Source: Deltaproteobacteria bacterium
GTDB taxonomy: Bacteria; Desulfobacterota; Syntrophia; Syntrophales; Smithellaceae
Assembly: GCA_026388535.1 (NCBI GenBank)
Contig: JAPLJP010000026.1
Coordinates: 1,391 to 65,390 of the forward strand
Direction of reading: 5' to 3'
Length of the DNA: 64,000 nucleotides
Shown here: positions 29,225 through 38,829 of the stretch, piece after piece
Position numbering within the stretch: position 1 is the stretch's first letter
Layout of the letters: every line of letters begins with the position of its first letter
Translations under genes and position numbers: made by a program
The notes under the pieces: generated by a model
The model's database searches: none
Told to the model about the DNA's origin: nothing
Seen by the model: the letters and a program-made list of their open reading frames with translations, nothing else

Positions 29225-30203
29225 TCAGCGCGTTATCGATTATCAAACCAATAGCATCGTGATATTTTATTTTTGCCTGCTCGAGCGCGGCGGCAAAACC
29301 GGCGTCAGGCGATAAACATGGATTGGAATTGATTTCCAGCACCCAAGGCTTGCCGTTATTGTCAACGCGAAAATCGACGCGCGCGTACCCGCGTAAAGAA
29401 AAAAGATTCCAGCAACGCAAGGCAATTTCGCGCAAAGATGTTATTAAACCAGTATCGTTTTTCTGAAAATTAAATTTTCGTATCGTATTATTATATTCAA
29501 AAGAATCAGCAACCCATTTGGCTCTGTAGTCAACGATTTTAAGTTTGTCCGGGGCGTAATCCTGAAATAACATTTCCGCTATAGGCAAGACTTTAACACC
29601 GGCTTTGCCCGATATGAGGGCTACGTTGAATTCACGGCCGTCAATATAGGCTTCGGCGTAACATGAGCCGCCAAGTTTTTCTTTACGGCGGCTTATTTCT
29701 TTTAAGATTTTTGCTTTACTTGTATAGCTGATAAGCGAGTCTTCATCGAGGCCGATAGAAGCGTGTTCCCAGGAAGACTTGATTAAATATGTTTTGGCAT
29801 TATCTTTTTGGGAACCGAAACCATCATGTTCTATCCAGTCCGGAGTGGAAACACAGGCATCGCGCATGATTTTCTTGGACAGAGGTTTGTTCGATGTTTG
29901 AAACACAGCTTGCGTGTCGCATCCGGTGTAAGAAAGTCGCAGGCTATCGAGAAGGGCTGGAGCAAAATAAATCAAACTGCCCTTAGAGGCCAGAGTTTCC
30001 ACAATATTGAAAACGGCCTGCGGTTTTAATGATTTCAGCTTTATTATGGTCTGATTTAAATCAAGTTCAAAAGGCAACAATATAGGTTTGTAATCCAGTA
30101 TGCGCAAAGCCCGGGCGATTGCTTCGGCTTGCTGGAGACAATCAAGTTCATCCTCTGCGGCGTCGGGCGAAATATCACTGTGTAATATCACTATTTTTTT
30201 CAT
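29211..30203 (-). CDS. D-Ala-D-Ala ligase-like ATP-grasp enzyme 2
   Basis: VFNIVE, YTG, IKSSWEHASIG, YIDGREFNV, YARVDFR, LEINSNP. Confidence 0.88.
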   Translation of the reverse strand: MKKIVILHSDISPDAAEDELDCLQQAEAIARALRILDYKPILLPFELDLNQTIIKLKSLKPQAVFNIVETLASKGSLIYFAPALLDSLRLSYTGCDTQAVFQTSNKPLSKKIMRDACVSTPDWIEHDGFGSQKDNAKTYLIKSSWEHASIGLDEDSLISYTSKAKILKEISRRKEKLGGSCYAEAYIDGREFNVALISGKAGVKVLPIAEMLFQDYAPDKLKIVDYRAKWVADSFEYNNTIRKFNFQKNDTGLITSLREIALRCWNLFSLRGYARVDFRVDNNGKPWVLEINSNPCLSPDAGFAAALEQAKIKYHDAIGLIIDNALKSRG

Positions 30204-30233
30204 GAAGAATATTTCACCGGCCTTTATAGATGA

Positions 30234-31256
30234 TTATTTCCTCGCGCGTTTTAAAGCTGATTTAATAATGGCACTGATTAATTTGTGATAGCTCATTCCT
30301 ATTTTAGAGCACAAAATGGGTAAATCCGAACGAATGGGATTCAGTCCGGCAAGCGAATTGACTTCCATGAAATGGGGAACACCATGAACATTAGAGCGCA
30401 AATCAATACGGCCGGCGTCTTTTAAATCCAATCCGCGCCAGGCCATAAGTGAAATTTCCATGGCTTTTTGGGCTTCATCATCGTTGACCAGTGTATACTC
30501 AACCAGCTTATCATAGTGTTCTTTGTTTTCGTATGAGTAAGCGTTCTTTTCCGCGTCCGGTTTGAGAATTACCTCCAGTGCTCCCAGGGCGCGGGCATCC
30601 TTCCCTGTTCCTAAAATGCCCACGGTAAATTCGCGGCCGGGAAGATATGTTTCGATAAGTACAGGCTGTTGGAAAGTTTTTAAAAGATTTTTGCAGACCT
30701 TTTGCAAATTTCTACGATTGGTTATTTTTGACAATGCCGTTATGCCCTTGCCTGTTCCTTCCGCCACAGGTTTGGCAAAAAGCGGAAAGGGAAGATTAAC
30801 TTTGTCAATATCTTTTGCGTTGTTAACTACTGCAAAATCGGGAGTGGGTATTCCCAAATCGCGGAGAATTTGCTTTGTAATGCCCTTATGGAGAGAAACG
30901 GCGTGGCCTAGGGGATCGGAAAAAGTATAGGGAATGTTATATGCTTCCAGAAGGGCGGGAACCTGCGCTTCGCGGCCGAAACCATACATGCCTTCAGCAA
31001 TGTTAAAAACGAGATCCCATCGGTTTCCTTCCACAAGCCGGCGGGTCAAAGCTTTTATATTGCCGATTCGATCAGCCCCAAAGCCGTTGTCTAAAATTAC
31101 CTTTTCAATCGCTTCGATTGTATCGGGAAGATCGAATTCCGCGGTTTCTTCGAGACCATAACCTTCTTTTAGATAATCATCGCGTAGATCATAGGTGAGA
31201 CCGATTTTGAGTTTCTTGCTGACGCGACTCACGGTTAAATTATCTACCCCCTGCAA
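30234..31256 (-). CDS. D-Ala-D-Ala ligase-like ATP-grasp enzyme 1 (start uncertain)
   Basis: GLTYDLR, VFNIAEG, REAQVPALLE, KPVAEGTGKG, GREFTV, GRIDLR, EVNSLAGL. Confidence 0.88.
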   Translation of the reverse strand: MQGVDNLTVSRVSKKLKIGLTYDLRDDYLKEGYGLEETAEFDLPDTIEAIEKVILDNGFGADRIGNIKALTRRLVEGNRWDLVFNIAEGMYGFGREAQVPALLEAYNIPYTFSDPLGHAVSLHKGITKQILRDLGIPTPDFAVVNNAKDIDKVNLPFPLFAKPVAEGTGKGITALSKITNRRNLQKVCKNLLKTFQQPVLIETYLPGREFTVGILGTGKDARALGALEVILKPDAEKNAYSYENKEHYDKLVEYTLVNDDEAQKAMEISLMAWRGLDLKDAGRIDLRSNVHGVPHFMEVNSLAGLNPIRSDLPILCSKIGMSYHKLISAIIKSALKRARK

Positions 31257-31271
31257 TAAGATTCTGCCGAT

Positions 31272-32579
31272 TTAATGTATATCTTTCGACTTTGCGTGAT
31301 TGTCGGGGTAGCGGAAAGTATTGCCTTCGTAATTACGCAGCAGCAAAGCGCCGTTTTCCCATCCGATGGCGTATTCGGGAAGCAAAGGAATTTTACCGCC
31401 GCCGCCGGGCGCGTCAACAACATAAGTAGGCACAGCGTAACCGGTGGTGTGTCCGCGCATGCCTTGAATAATTTCAATGCCCTTGCTTATCGGTGTCCGG
31501 AAATGAGAAGAACCCGGAATGGGATCGCATTGATACAGATAATAGGGACGGACTCTGATTTGTAGTTGGCCATGCACCAATCTTGTCATGGTGGCAACGT
31601 CATCATTAATATCAGCAAGCAGGACGGTTTGGCTTCCCAACGGAATGCCGGCATCGGCCAGACGAATGCAGGCAGCGCTCATTTCCGGAGTCAGTTCTCT
31701 CGGATGGGTTATATGAATGCTCATCCATAAGGGATGATATTTTTTCAGCATGGTGGTAAGGGCCGGGGTTATTCTCTGAGGCAAAACAACGGGCACCTTT
31801 GTTCCGATGCGGATAAGTTCAATATGAGGAATCTTGTGCAGGCGCGTTAAAAGCCATTCTAACTTTTCATCGGATAGGGTTAGGGGATCGCCGCCGGAAA
31901 GCAACACGTCCCGGATATTTTTATTGCCGGCAATATATTGAATAGCCTTTTCCCATTTTTCGAGACTTATCAAGTGATGCTTGCTCCGTTCAATAATACG
32001 GGAACGGGTGCAGTAACGGCAATAAGTGGAGCAGCTGTCGGTTACCAGAAACAGAACGCGGTCAGGGTAGCGATGAATAATACCCGGCACAGGAGAATCC
32101 ACATCCTCGCAGAGTGGATCTTCTTCTTCTCCTTCGGTATGCAGGCATTCATCGACCACGGGAACAACGCAGCGGCGCAAGGGATCTGAAGGATCATCAG
32201 GATAGAGCAGACTGGCGTAATAAGGTGTAATGGAAACAGGCAATGCTCCGGAATGATGCATCATGGCTTGACGTTCATTGTCTGAAAGATTAAGTATTTG
32301 AGACAAGGTGTCAACATCCCTGATGGCGTTACGCAGTTGCCAGTGCCAGTCAAACCATTCCAGGCGGGTAATTTCGGGATAATTTTGTGTTCGGAAGATA
32401 CGGGAGCGGGCTGAATCTTTAAAAGGAAATAAAACTCTATCTGACTTTTGTTTAATCGGGTACTGGGAATGCTCTGCTTTGAATAACAAAAAGTCACTTA
32501 CATTATTTTCAACATTAACAAGACCGGTCAATGGACCAGGAGGTTCCTCCTCCTCTTTAAACAGGGTCTCGCTTTCCAT
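31272..32579 (-). CDS. kamA: KamA-family radical SAM/PLP aminomutase (lysine 2,3-aminomutase type)
   Basis: HRYPDRVL, CSTYCRYCTR, SGGDPL, YLYQCD, VVDAPGGGGK (PLP Lys). Confidence 0.9.
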   Translation of the reverse strand: MESETLFKEEEEPPGPLTGLVNVENNVSDFLLFKAEHSQYPIKQKSDRVLFPFKDSARSRIFRTQNYPEITRLEWFDWHWQLRNAIRDVDTLSQILNLSDNERQAMMHHSGALPVSITPYYASLLYPDDPSDPLRRCVVPVVDECLHTEGEEEDPLCEDVDSPVPGIIHRYPDRVLFLVTDSCSTYCRYCTRSRIIERSKHHLISLEKWEKAIQYIAGNKNIRDVLLSGGDPLTLSDEKLEWLLTRLHKIPHIELIRIGTKVPVVLPQRITPALTTMLKKYHPLWMSIHITHPRELTPEMSAACIRLADAGIPLGSQTVLLADINDDVATMTRLVHGQLQIRVRPYYLYQCDPIPGSSHFRTPISKGIEIIQGMRGHTTGYAVPTYVVDAPGGGGKIPLLPEYAIGWENGALLLRNYEGNTFRYPDNHAKSKDIH

Positions 32580-32653
32580 TTTGTTCCTCCTTTTGAAGGT
32601 TTCCCTCCCGTAAAAATAAATCTGTAATGAAAAATAAAAACTCTTGATTAAGG

Positions 32654-32681
32654 AATGTACTCATACAGAAATATTTGTCAA
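32654..32681 (-). promoter_or_regulatory. Putative sigma70 promoter of the kamA operon
   Basis: Minus strand TTGACA-16 nt-TACATT. Confidence 0.45.
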
Positions 32682-33125
32682 CACTTTTTTGCATTTTTGT
32701 CATAAAAAAATAAAAATAATTTTTGAAGGCGTTTTCCTTGAAAAAAATATTTCTGATTCCCCGGTGATATTTTTGCCGGCTTAATGGTTAAGTTCTATTA
32801 TTTATCGGGCAAAATATAAAATCATCAATGTTGCGCTAACACCCGTGGAGTCTATGTCAGAACAAGATGGAAGAGGCTGTCGGAGGAATAGGAACGTTCC
32901 AAGGGAAACGCGAATTCTTTTGAAAAAATGAATGGGGAGGTCTGGTTATGACCAGTTATGTTCATCTGTAGCTCATCGGGCGGGCGGAGCATGTTTAGTT
33001 AAAGATCGGGGGAAGTTTGTCGAACGGAAAAAAGAAATAGGCAAAAAGAATGTTTTTTAGTAAAACGAAAACGTTCCTTCAAAAGATAAATAAAAATGTT
33101 TCCAATGTGAACGCGGAGATCATCA

Positions 33126-33899
33126 ATGCCCGAATTGCCTGAAGTAGAAACTCTCAGCTGTCAACTGCAAGAAAAGATTTGCGGCAGGAAGATATTGGCT
33201 ACTGAGGTTTACGACAGTAAACTGGCCGATATTAAAAATCTTAAAGGAAGAATAATCACGGCGGTTGAACGCAAGGGAAAAACGATAGCCATTCTGCTCG
33301 ATGACGGGAATTTCGTGTTAATACATCTGCGCATGACGGGAAGACTTTTTTGGCAGGAGGATTCAACAAGGCCGAAACATAGCCGCTGGAGAATAACTTT
33401 TGTCGGTGGCAATGTCTTTCTTATCGATCCACGCCGTTTTGCCACAATCAAGATAATTAAGAAAGTTGAAAGCCAGCCCTCCAAAGATATTTTTAAGGAA
33501 TTTGATCTCAAAGATTTCATAAAAAATCATGGAAGCCGCAGAGCAAAAGTTAAATCGCTGATTATGGATCAAAGAGCCGTGGCGGGAATAGGCAACATTT
33601 ATGCGAGTGAGATTTTACACAGGGCCGGTATTCATCCCGAACGAATAGCGGCAACTCTGACGAAAGATGACTGGAAAAAAATATTCCATCAGGCCAAAGC
33701 CGTATTAAAAACAGCGATTAGAAAAAGAGGCACTTCAATTTCCGATTGGCGCGATTTGTATGGTCGCAAAGGCGAAAACCAACACGAGTTGAAAGCTTAT
33801 GGACAGGTAGGAAAACGCTGTTCAATTTGCGGTGGCACAATTTGCCGGATAAAACAAGGTGGACGCGGCACTTTTTATTGTCCCAGTTGTCAAAAGTAG
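33126..33899 (+). CDS. mutM: Formamidopyrimidine-DNA glycosylase
   Basis: MPELPEVET, HLRMTG, DPRRF, GIGNIYASE, C-terminal Zn finger CSIC..CPSCQ. Confidence 0.95.
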   Translation: MPELPEVETLSCQLQEKICGRKILATEVYDSKLADIKNLKGRIITAVERKGKTIAILLDDGNFVLIHLRMTGRLFWQEDSTRPKHSRWRITFVGGNVFLIDPRRFATIKIIKKVESQPSKDIFKEFDLKDFIKNHGSRRAKVKSLIMDQRAVAGIGNIYASEILHRAGIHPERIAATLTKDDWKKIFHQAKAVLKTAIRKRGTSISDWRDLYGRKGENQHELKAYGQVGKRCSICGGTICRIKQGGRGTFYCPSCQK

Positions 33900-33922
33900 C
33901 GCATACGATAAAAAATGAACAT

Positions 33923-34429
33923 TTAAAAATTATTTATTGGCTTATAAGCTTCAATGATCAATTGACGTATTTTGCTTTTCGGAGGCACATCGCCAACAGA
34001 GACAACCTTATTATTTATTACCAGAGCGGGAGATCCTAAAAGTTTGTAGCGCGCTATTTCCTTAACATCGGTAATGTGTCTAAGGCTGGCGGCAATTTTC
34101 ATTTCGGATAATAAATCGCGCACATCATTTTCCAACTGACCACAACGCGCGCAGCCCATACCCACAACTTCGATATTAAGTCCGCGGACAGTTTCTTCGG
34201 CGACAAGTATTCCTTCTGCTATCTTGAATTCTCTTAAAAGCGCGTTCCCATAAGAGTCAAGCGCGGAAGGCGGCACGTAATTATTAATAGAAATGTCTTT
34301 GAGCAGACTATTTTTGATTTCTTCATCACTATTGGCCTGCAAGCTTATTTTTTTTATAGCATCGTCTAACCCGACGATACCAACCAGGCGGCCATTAATC
34401 ATAATTTGTTTTATTTTATCTTCAGCCAT
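33923..34429 (-). CDS. Small thioredoxin-like (redox-active disulfide protein 2) domain protein with N-terminal extension
   Basis: VGMGCARC, GSPALVIN..VSVGDVP. Confidence 0.8.
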   Translation of the reverse strand: MAEDKIKQIMINGRLVGIVGLDDAIKKISLQANSDEEIKNSLLKDISINNYVPPSALDSYGNALLREFKIAEGILVAEETVRGLNIEVVGMGCARCGQLENDVRDLLSEMKIAASLRHITDVKEIARYKLLGSPALVINNKVVSVGDVPPKSKIRQLIIEAYKPINNF

Positions 34430-34550
34430 ATATTTTTTTGTAAATTTATTAGTGTGTGACGATTTCGTCAAGTAAGAAATTTGATTTTATACAAATTTTG
34501 TATTTGGATATTAAAATTAAGCACTTAGTATTATTTGTTTTCTGATTTTT

Positions 34551-34602
34551 TAAAACAATGTTTCATTTATTGCTTGACATTTGAAACAATGTTTCATATT
34601 TG
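34551..34602 (+). promoter_or_regulatory. tetR promoter with two 15-bp operators flanking the -35 box
   Basis: TAAAACAATGTTTCA (34551), TTGACA (34574), TGAAACAATGTTTCA (34582). Confidence 0.8.
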
Positions 34603-34611
34603 TAAGCAAAT

Positions 34612-35226
34612 GTGAAGATAGAAGGTATTATGATAACAGAAAAACCAGTAATCCCTGAAAAAATAAAAGAACGTCTGTATCCTGTAGTGTTGCGACAGTT
34701 TTCCATGAAAGATTTCCACGCTGCCAATATACGTGATATATCAAAAGAAAGTGGAATCAGCACAGGAACAATCTACAAATATTTTTCATCAAAGGAAGAT
34801 CTTCTTTTTTCAATCATTGACGAACAATTGCGCGACCTGGCATCATTGCTGAGGATGCATCTTGCGGGAACCGAGGATATACGCGAGATGTTCAGAAAGT
34901 TGTTCTGGGTCACGATGAATTTCTTCGATAACAATCCCGATCTTGCGATTACGGTTTTTATAACGGTTCCACTTAAAAGTTTTATGGCGAACAAATCTTA
35001 TAAAAGAAAAACTGAAATAGATATATTAAACGGTATAATCGAAAAGGCAAAAAAAAGAGGCGCGGTTATTTCAGATATTGAAAGCCATTATTGTGCCGAT
35101 CTTTATATAATGACAACTCACAGGCATATACAAAATTGGTATGTCCATGGAATGAAATGGAAACTTGCCGACACGATAAATAATTTTTTCGATTTTTTCT
35201 GGAAAGTTGTCGCGCCTCTAGCGTAA
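34612..35226 (+). CDS. TetR/AcrR-family regulator (start 34612 or 34630)
   Basis: HTH NIRDISKESGISTGTIYKYFSSKEDL. Confidence 0.92.
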   Translation: MKIEGIMITEKPVIPEKIKERLYPVVLRQFSMKDFHAANIRDISKESGISTGTIYKYFSSKEDLLFSIIDEQLRDLASLLRMHLAGTEDIREMFRKLFWVTMNFFDNNPDLAITVFITVPLKSFMANKSYKRKTEIDILNGIIEKAKKRGAVISDIESHYCADLYIMTTHRHIQNWYVHGMKWKLADTINNFFDFFWKVVAPLA

Positions 35227-35409
35227 AGGAATCACTATAATATTTTTATTTGGTAAACCGGAAAAATTTAAAGATACAAGAGGTATAAGGGCACCGTAAG
35301 TATTAATAATGAATTAAGTAGAACATCAGCGTATTGCTATCTAAGTGATTGATATAATACGTATAATATTTAGTTCATAAATATTATAAAATTGGAGTTG
35401 TATTAAAGA

Positions 35410-37593
35410 ATGGAAATGGAAAAAATAGATATTATTGAAAAAGCAAAGTCTCAAAAGCGAACGGCATTAACAGAGGCTGAAGCAAAGGAAGTATTAAAAA
35501 AATATGGCATTCCGGTAGTAGAAGAAAAAGCCGTTAAAACTATAGAAGAAGCGGAAATGGCAGCGGAAAAAATCAGTTATCCTGTAGTTTTAAAAGGATT
35601 GGGTTCTCGTCTTACACATAAAACAGAAAAAGGTTTGGTTAAGCTGAATTTAAAAAATAAGGAAGATGTTCGCTCTGCGGCGCTATATATAAAGGAAGCA
35701 GCCGGAAGTGACTTAGAAGGTTTTTTAATTCAGCCGATGCTGGAAGGCAAGAGAGAGTTTGTTGCCGGTCTTTTCCATGACGAACAATTTGGCGCCACAG
35801 TAATGTTTGGCTTAGGTGGAATTTTTACAGAAGCAATCGGAGATGTTGTTTTCCGCCTGGCTCCCCTTGATGATAACGAAGCAGGAAAAATGATTGACGA
35901 GTTGCATGCACAGAAATTACTGGGTGCGTTTCGCGGAGAAAATGCCCCGGACAAAAGCGCTCTGATTAAAACGCTTGTCGGTTTATCCCGGATTGGCATG
36001 GAAATACCGGACATAAAAGAAATAGATATTAATCCTTTACTGGTTACGGCGGAAGGCAAGGTTACGGCTGTTGACGCTCTCGTTGTTTTGGGGAAAGCAA
36101 TAGATCAAAGAATAACCCCTTTGCCGGTGAAGCCCAAAGATATTGAAAAAATATTTTATCCGAAATCAATTGCTTTTGTTGGCGCTTCTGCAAATCTTAG
36201 CAAATGGGGACATTTGGTATACACTAATGTTGTTGCCGGGCAATACCAGGGGAAATTTTATTTAGTAAATGCCAAAGGTGAAGAAATTGCCGGTAATACT
36301 GTTTATAAATCCGTTACAGAAATTCCTGGTCCGGTTGATCTCGCTGTTATTACAGTCCCCGCAGATAAGGTTTTGTCTCTAATACCTGAGATGAAGAAAA
36401 AGGCGATAAAAAGTGTATTACTTATATCGTCCGGTTTTAGTGAAACCGGCGCGGAAGGCAGGGTATTGGAAAATGAACTGGTAGAAAAAGCTCGAGAAGC
36501 AGGAATTTTAATTCTTGGCCCCAATACAATGGGAATATGCAATCCCCACATATCTCTTTATTGCATGGGAACGCATGTGAGACCAAAAGCGGGAAGCACA
36601 GTTTTGGTTACTCAATCAGGAAATTTGGGAACGCAATTATTGGCTTTTGCCGAAAAAGAAGGCATTGGCATCCGCGCGTTTGGCGGTTCAGGCAATGAAG
36701 CAATGATAACAATTGAAGACGCTTTGGAAGGATTTGAAGTTGATGAGCTGACTAAAACAGTTGTTTTGTACATAGAAAGTATTAAAAACGGCCGAAGATT
36801 TTTTGAAGCGGCAAAACGTGTTGGCAGAAAAAAACCGATTATCGCCTTAAAAGGCGGGCGCACAGAGGCCGGCGCCCATGCGGCGGCCAGCCATACGGGC
36901 GCGATGGCTTCTGATATAAAAGTTTTTAAAGCAGCATGCCGGCAAGCAGGGATCATACAAGTAGAACACCCCATGGACTTGCTGGATCTTTCTGCGGCAT
37001 TTTCCTCGTTACCGTTGCCCCGAGGGAAAAAGGTTGGCGTTTTGACTTTAGGTGGAGGCTGGGGTGTTGTTGCCTCAGATTTATGCGTGGAAAATGGCTT
37101 GGAGATACCAAAATTATCAGAGGATGTAATTTCTCACATTAATAAATTGCTGCCGCCGTTTTGGAGCCACGCTAACCCGATAGATGTAGTCGGGGACATG
37201 AATACAGAGACATATATGACAATTCTCGAAAAACTTCTTCAATGGTCTGAATGTGATGCCATAATCCACATGGGTATTATCGGAAGAATAATGATAATAA
37301 AAGCGACGCTGGAATCGACTATTGCTTTAGATAAGAAATATGATCGTAAATTTTTAGAAAAATCTTTGCGTTATCTGGAAGATTTTGAACAAAAGTCTAT
37401 AGAGCGAACGGTAAAATTAATGGAAAAATATGATAAACCAATAATAGGGGTTTATTTGCTCAATGATGATAAATCACGAACAATAACTGATGTCGAAGAC
37501 TGCAAATATAAAGGAGTAAACTTTATTACTCCAGAGAGGGCCGTTAAGGCATTAGCTAGAATGTATCAATATGCAGAATGGCTGAAGGGATAG
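35410..37593 (+). CDS. ADP-forming acetate/acyl-CoA ligase, fused with the ATP-grasp domain first
   Basis: HKTEKG, MFGLGG, DINPL; GPNTMG, QSGNLG, ASHTG phospho-His, NPIDV. Confidence 0.9.
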   Translation: MEMEKIDIIEKAKSQKRTALTEAEAKEVLKKYGIPVVEEKAVKTIEEAEMAAEKISYPVVLKGLGSRLTHKTEKGLVKLNLKNKEDVRSAALYIKEAAGSDLEGFLIQPMLEGKREFVAGLFHDEQFGATVMFGLGGIFTEAIGDVVFRLAPLDDNEAGKMIDELHAQKLLGAFRGENAPDKSALIKTLVGLSRIGMEIPDIKEIDINPLLVTAEGKVTAVDALVVLGKAIDQRITPLPVKPKDIEKIFYPKSIAFVGASANLSKWGHLVYTNVVAGQYQGKFYLVNAKGEEIAGNTVYKSVTEIPGPVDLAVITVPADKVLSLIPEMKKKAIKSVLLISSGFSETGAEGRVLENELVEKAREAGILILGPNTMGICNPHISLYCMGTHVRPKAGSTVLVTQSGNLGTQLLAFAEKEGIGIRAFGGSGNEAMITIEDALEGFEVDELTKTVVLYIESIKNGRRFFEAAKRVGRKKPIIALKGGRTEAGAHAAASHTGAMASDIKVFKAACRQAGIIQVEHPMDLLDLSAAFSSLPLPRGKKVGVLTLGGGWGVVASDLCVENGLEIPKLSEDVISHINKLLPPFWSHANPIDVVGDMNTETYMTILEKLLQWSECDAIIHMGIIGRIMIIKATLESTIALDKKYDRKFLEKSLRYLEDFEQKSIERTVKLMEKYDKPIIGVYLLNDDKSRTITDVEDCKYKGVNFITPERAVKALARMYQYAEWLKG

Positions 37594-37609
37594 TGTTTCA
37601 CGTGAAACA
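37594..37609. other. parS centromere-like site
   Basis: Perfect consensus TGTTTCACGTGAAACA. Confidence 0.9.
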
Positions 37610-37873
37610 TTTTTATTCATTCCGTGTCGGGGTGAGCGATAAAACTAAAATCTCCGGAGTTACTCACTTCGTCAATTTATCGTTGCGGATAGATACCTAC
37701 AGTATCTTCTAAGCAATCGATACCCCACATTTTGTGGCCAAAGTTTCTTTGACATATAAAATCTAAATTCTTATGGATCAACTATGAATAAGCAATGTTT
37801 TATCAAATATCAAAAAAATGTTGGTTGAAGCAGGATCCGGTCTTTTTGATCTTATAATAAAAGGAGGTTTTTT

Positions 37874-38725
37874 ATGGCACTTAATGAAAAGGTAATTGGA
37901 AAGAAGTACTCAGTCCCACCTGTAGAAATATCAGCTCATGAAAGCATTTATTATGCTTTGGCCTACGGCGATGATAATGACGCCTATTTCGACAACCGGC
38001 GAGAGGGCGGCATCATTGCCCCTCCCATGTATGCCGTGAAATATGCGTCGGGTCCGGTAGTAGAAATCATTATGGACCAGGAAGTGGGCCTTAATTTCAT
38101 GATGGTGGTGCACTATTCTCAAGAATTTGAGTGGCTGAAACCCGTCAAGCCCAATGACAGTATCAAAACCGAAGGCGTAATCAAAAAGATCGAGATCAAG
38201 GAAAAGGGCAGCATTTTGGGTTGGGAGACGATAAGCACCAACCAAAATGGTGAAATAGTGCTCAAGGCCAATTGGGAATTCTTCGACCGGAGTGCCGGTT
38301 CAGGAATACCTGAAGAGAAAAAAGAGGAAGAAGCGCAGGTACACGATATATTGTGGACTCAGGCCGTGAAGGTCAAAAATGGACAAACTTTCATCTACGC
38401 GGAGCCATCGGGAGACTACAACCCCATCCATGCGGACGATGCTTTTGCCAAGCAGGTCGGTCTTCCCGGCATCATACTTCAGGGACTTTGCACCATGGCC
38501 TTTGCCCATAAGGCTGTGACGGACAATCTTACCGGTCCGTATAGAAATCCACTGCTGGTGAAGAAGCTGAAAGTCCGTTTCGCCCGCCCGTTACTGCCTG
38601 GCCAGACCATCACCTACCAGGCCTACAAGATCGGTACGGAAGCGGGAGGAACAAAGTACGGCATTATTGCCAGAAATGACGAAGGGAAAGACGTACTTCG
38701 AGATTGTTGGTGTATCATCGGATAA
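37874..38725 (+). CDS. Double hot-dog MaoC/(R)-hydratase (MFE-2 hydratase-2-like)
   Basis: SGDYNPIHAD, ILQGLCT, VRFARP; N-terminal second hot-dog domain. Confidence 0.85.
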   Translation: MALNEKVIGKKYSVPPVEISAHESIYYALAYGDDNDAYFDNRREGGIIAPPMYAVKYASGPVVEIIMDQEVGLNFMMVVHYSQEFEWLKPVKPNDSIKTEGVIKKIEIKEKGSILGWETISTNQNGEIVLKANWEFFDRSAGSGIPEEKKEEEAQVHDILWTQAVKVKNGQTFIYAEPSGDYNPIHADDAFAKQVGLPGIILQGLCTMAFAHKAVTDNLTGPYRNPLLVKKLKVRFARPLLPGQTITYQAYKIGTEAGGTKYGIIARNDEGKDVLRDCWCIIG

Positions 38726-38829
38726 TTCCCGATTTCAAAGCGAAAATGATATCGAGTGTACAACAAGGCCAACAAAGATAGCGCTTTGATTCGGAATTGG
38801 AATAAAATTAAATTTTCTAGGAGGATAAT

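Noticed and set aside
31272-32579. KamA as EF-P beta-lysylation enzyme EpmB or a lysine-fermentation enzyme
   Set aside because: Longer than EpmB, has the GGGGK LAM-type motif, and no efp/epmA or kamDE/kdd genes are nearby
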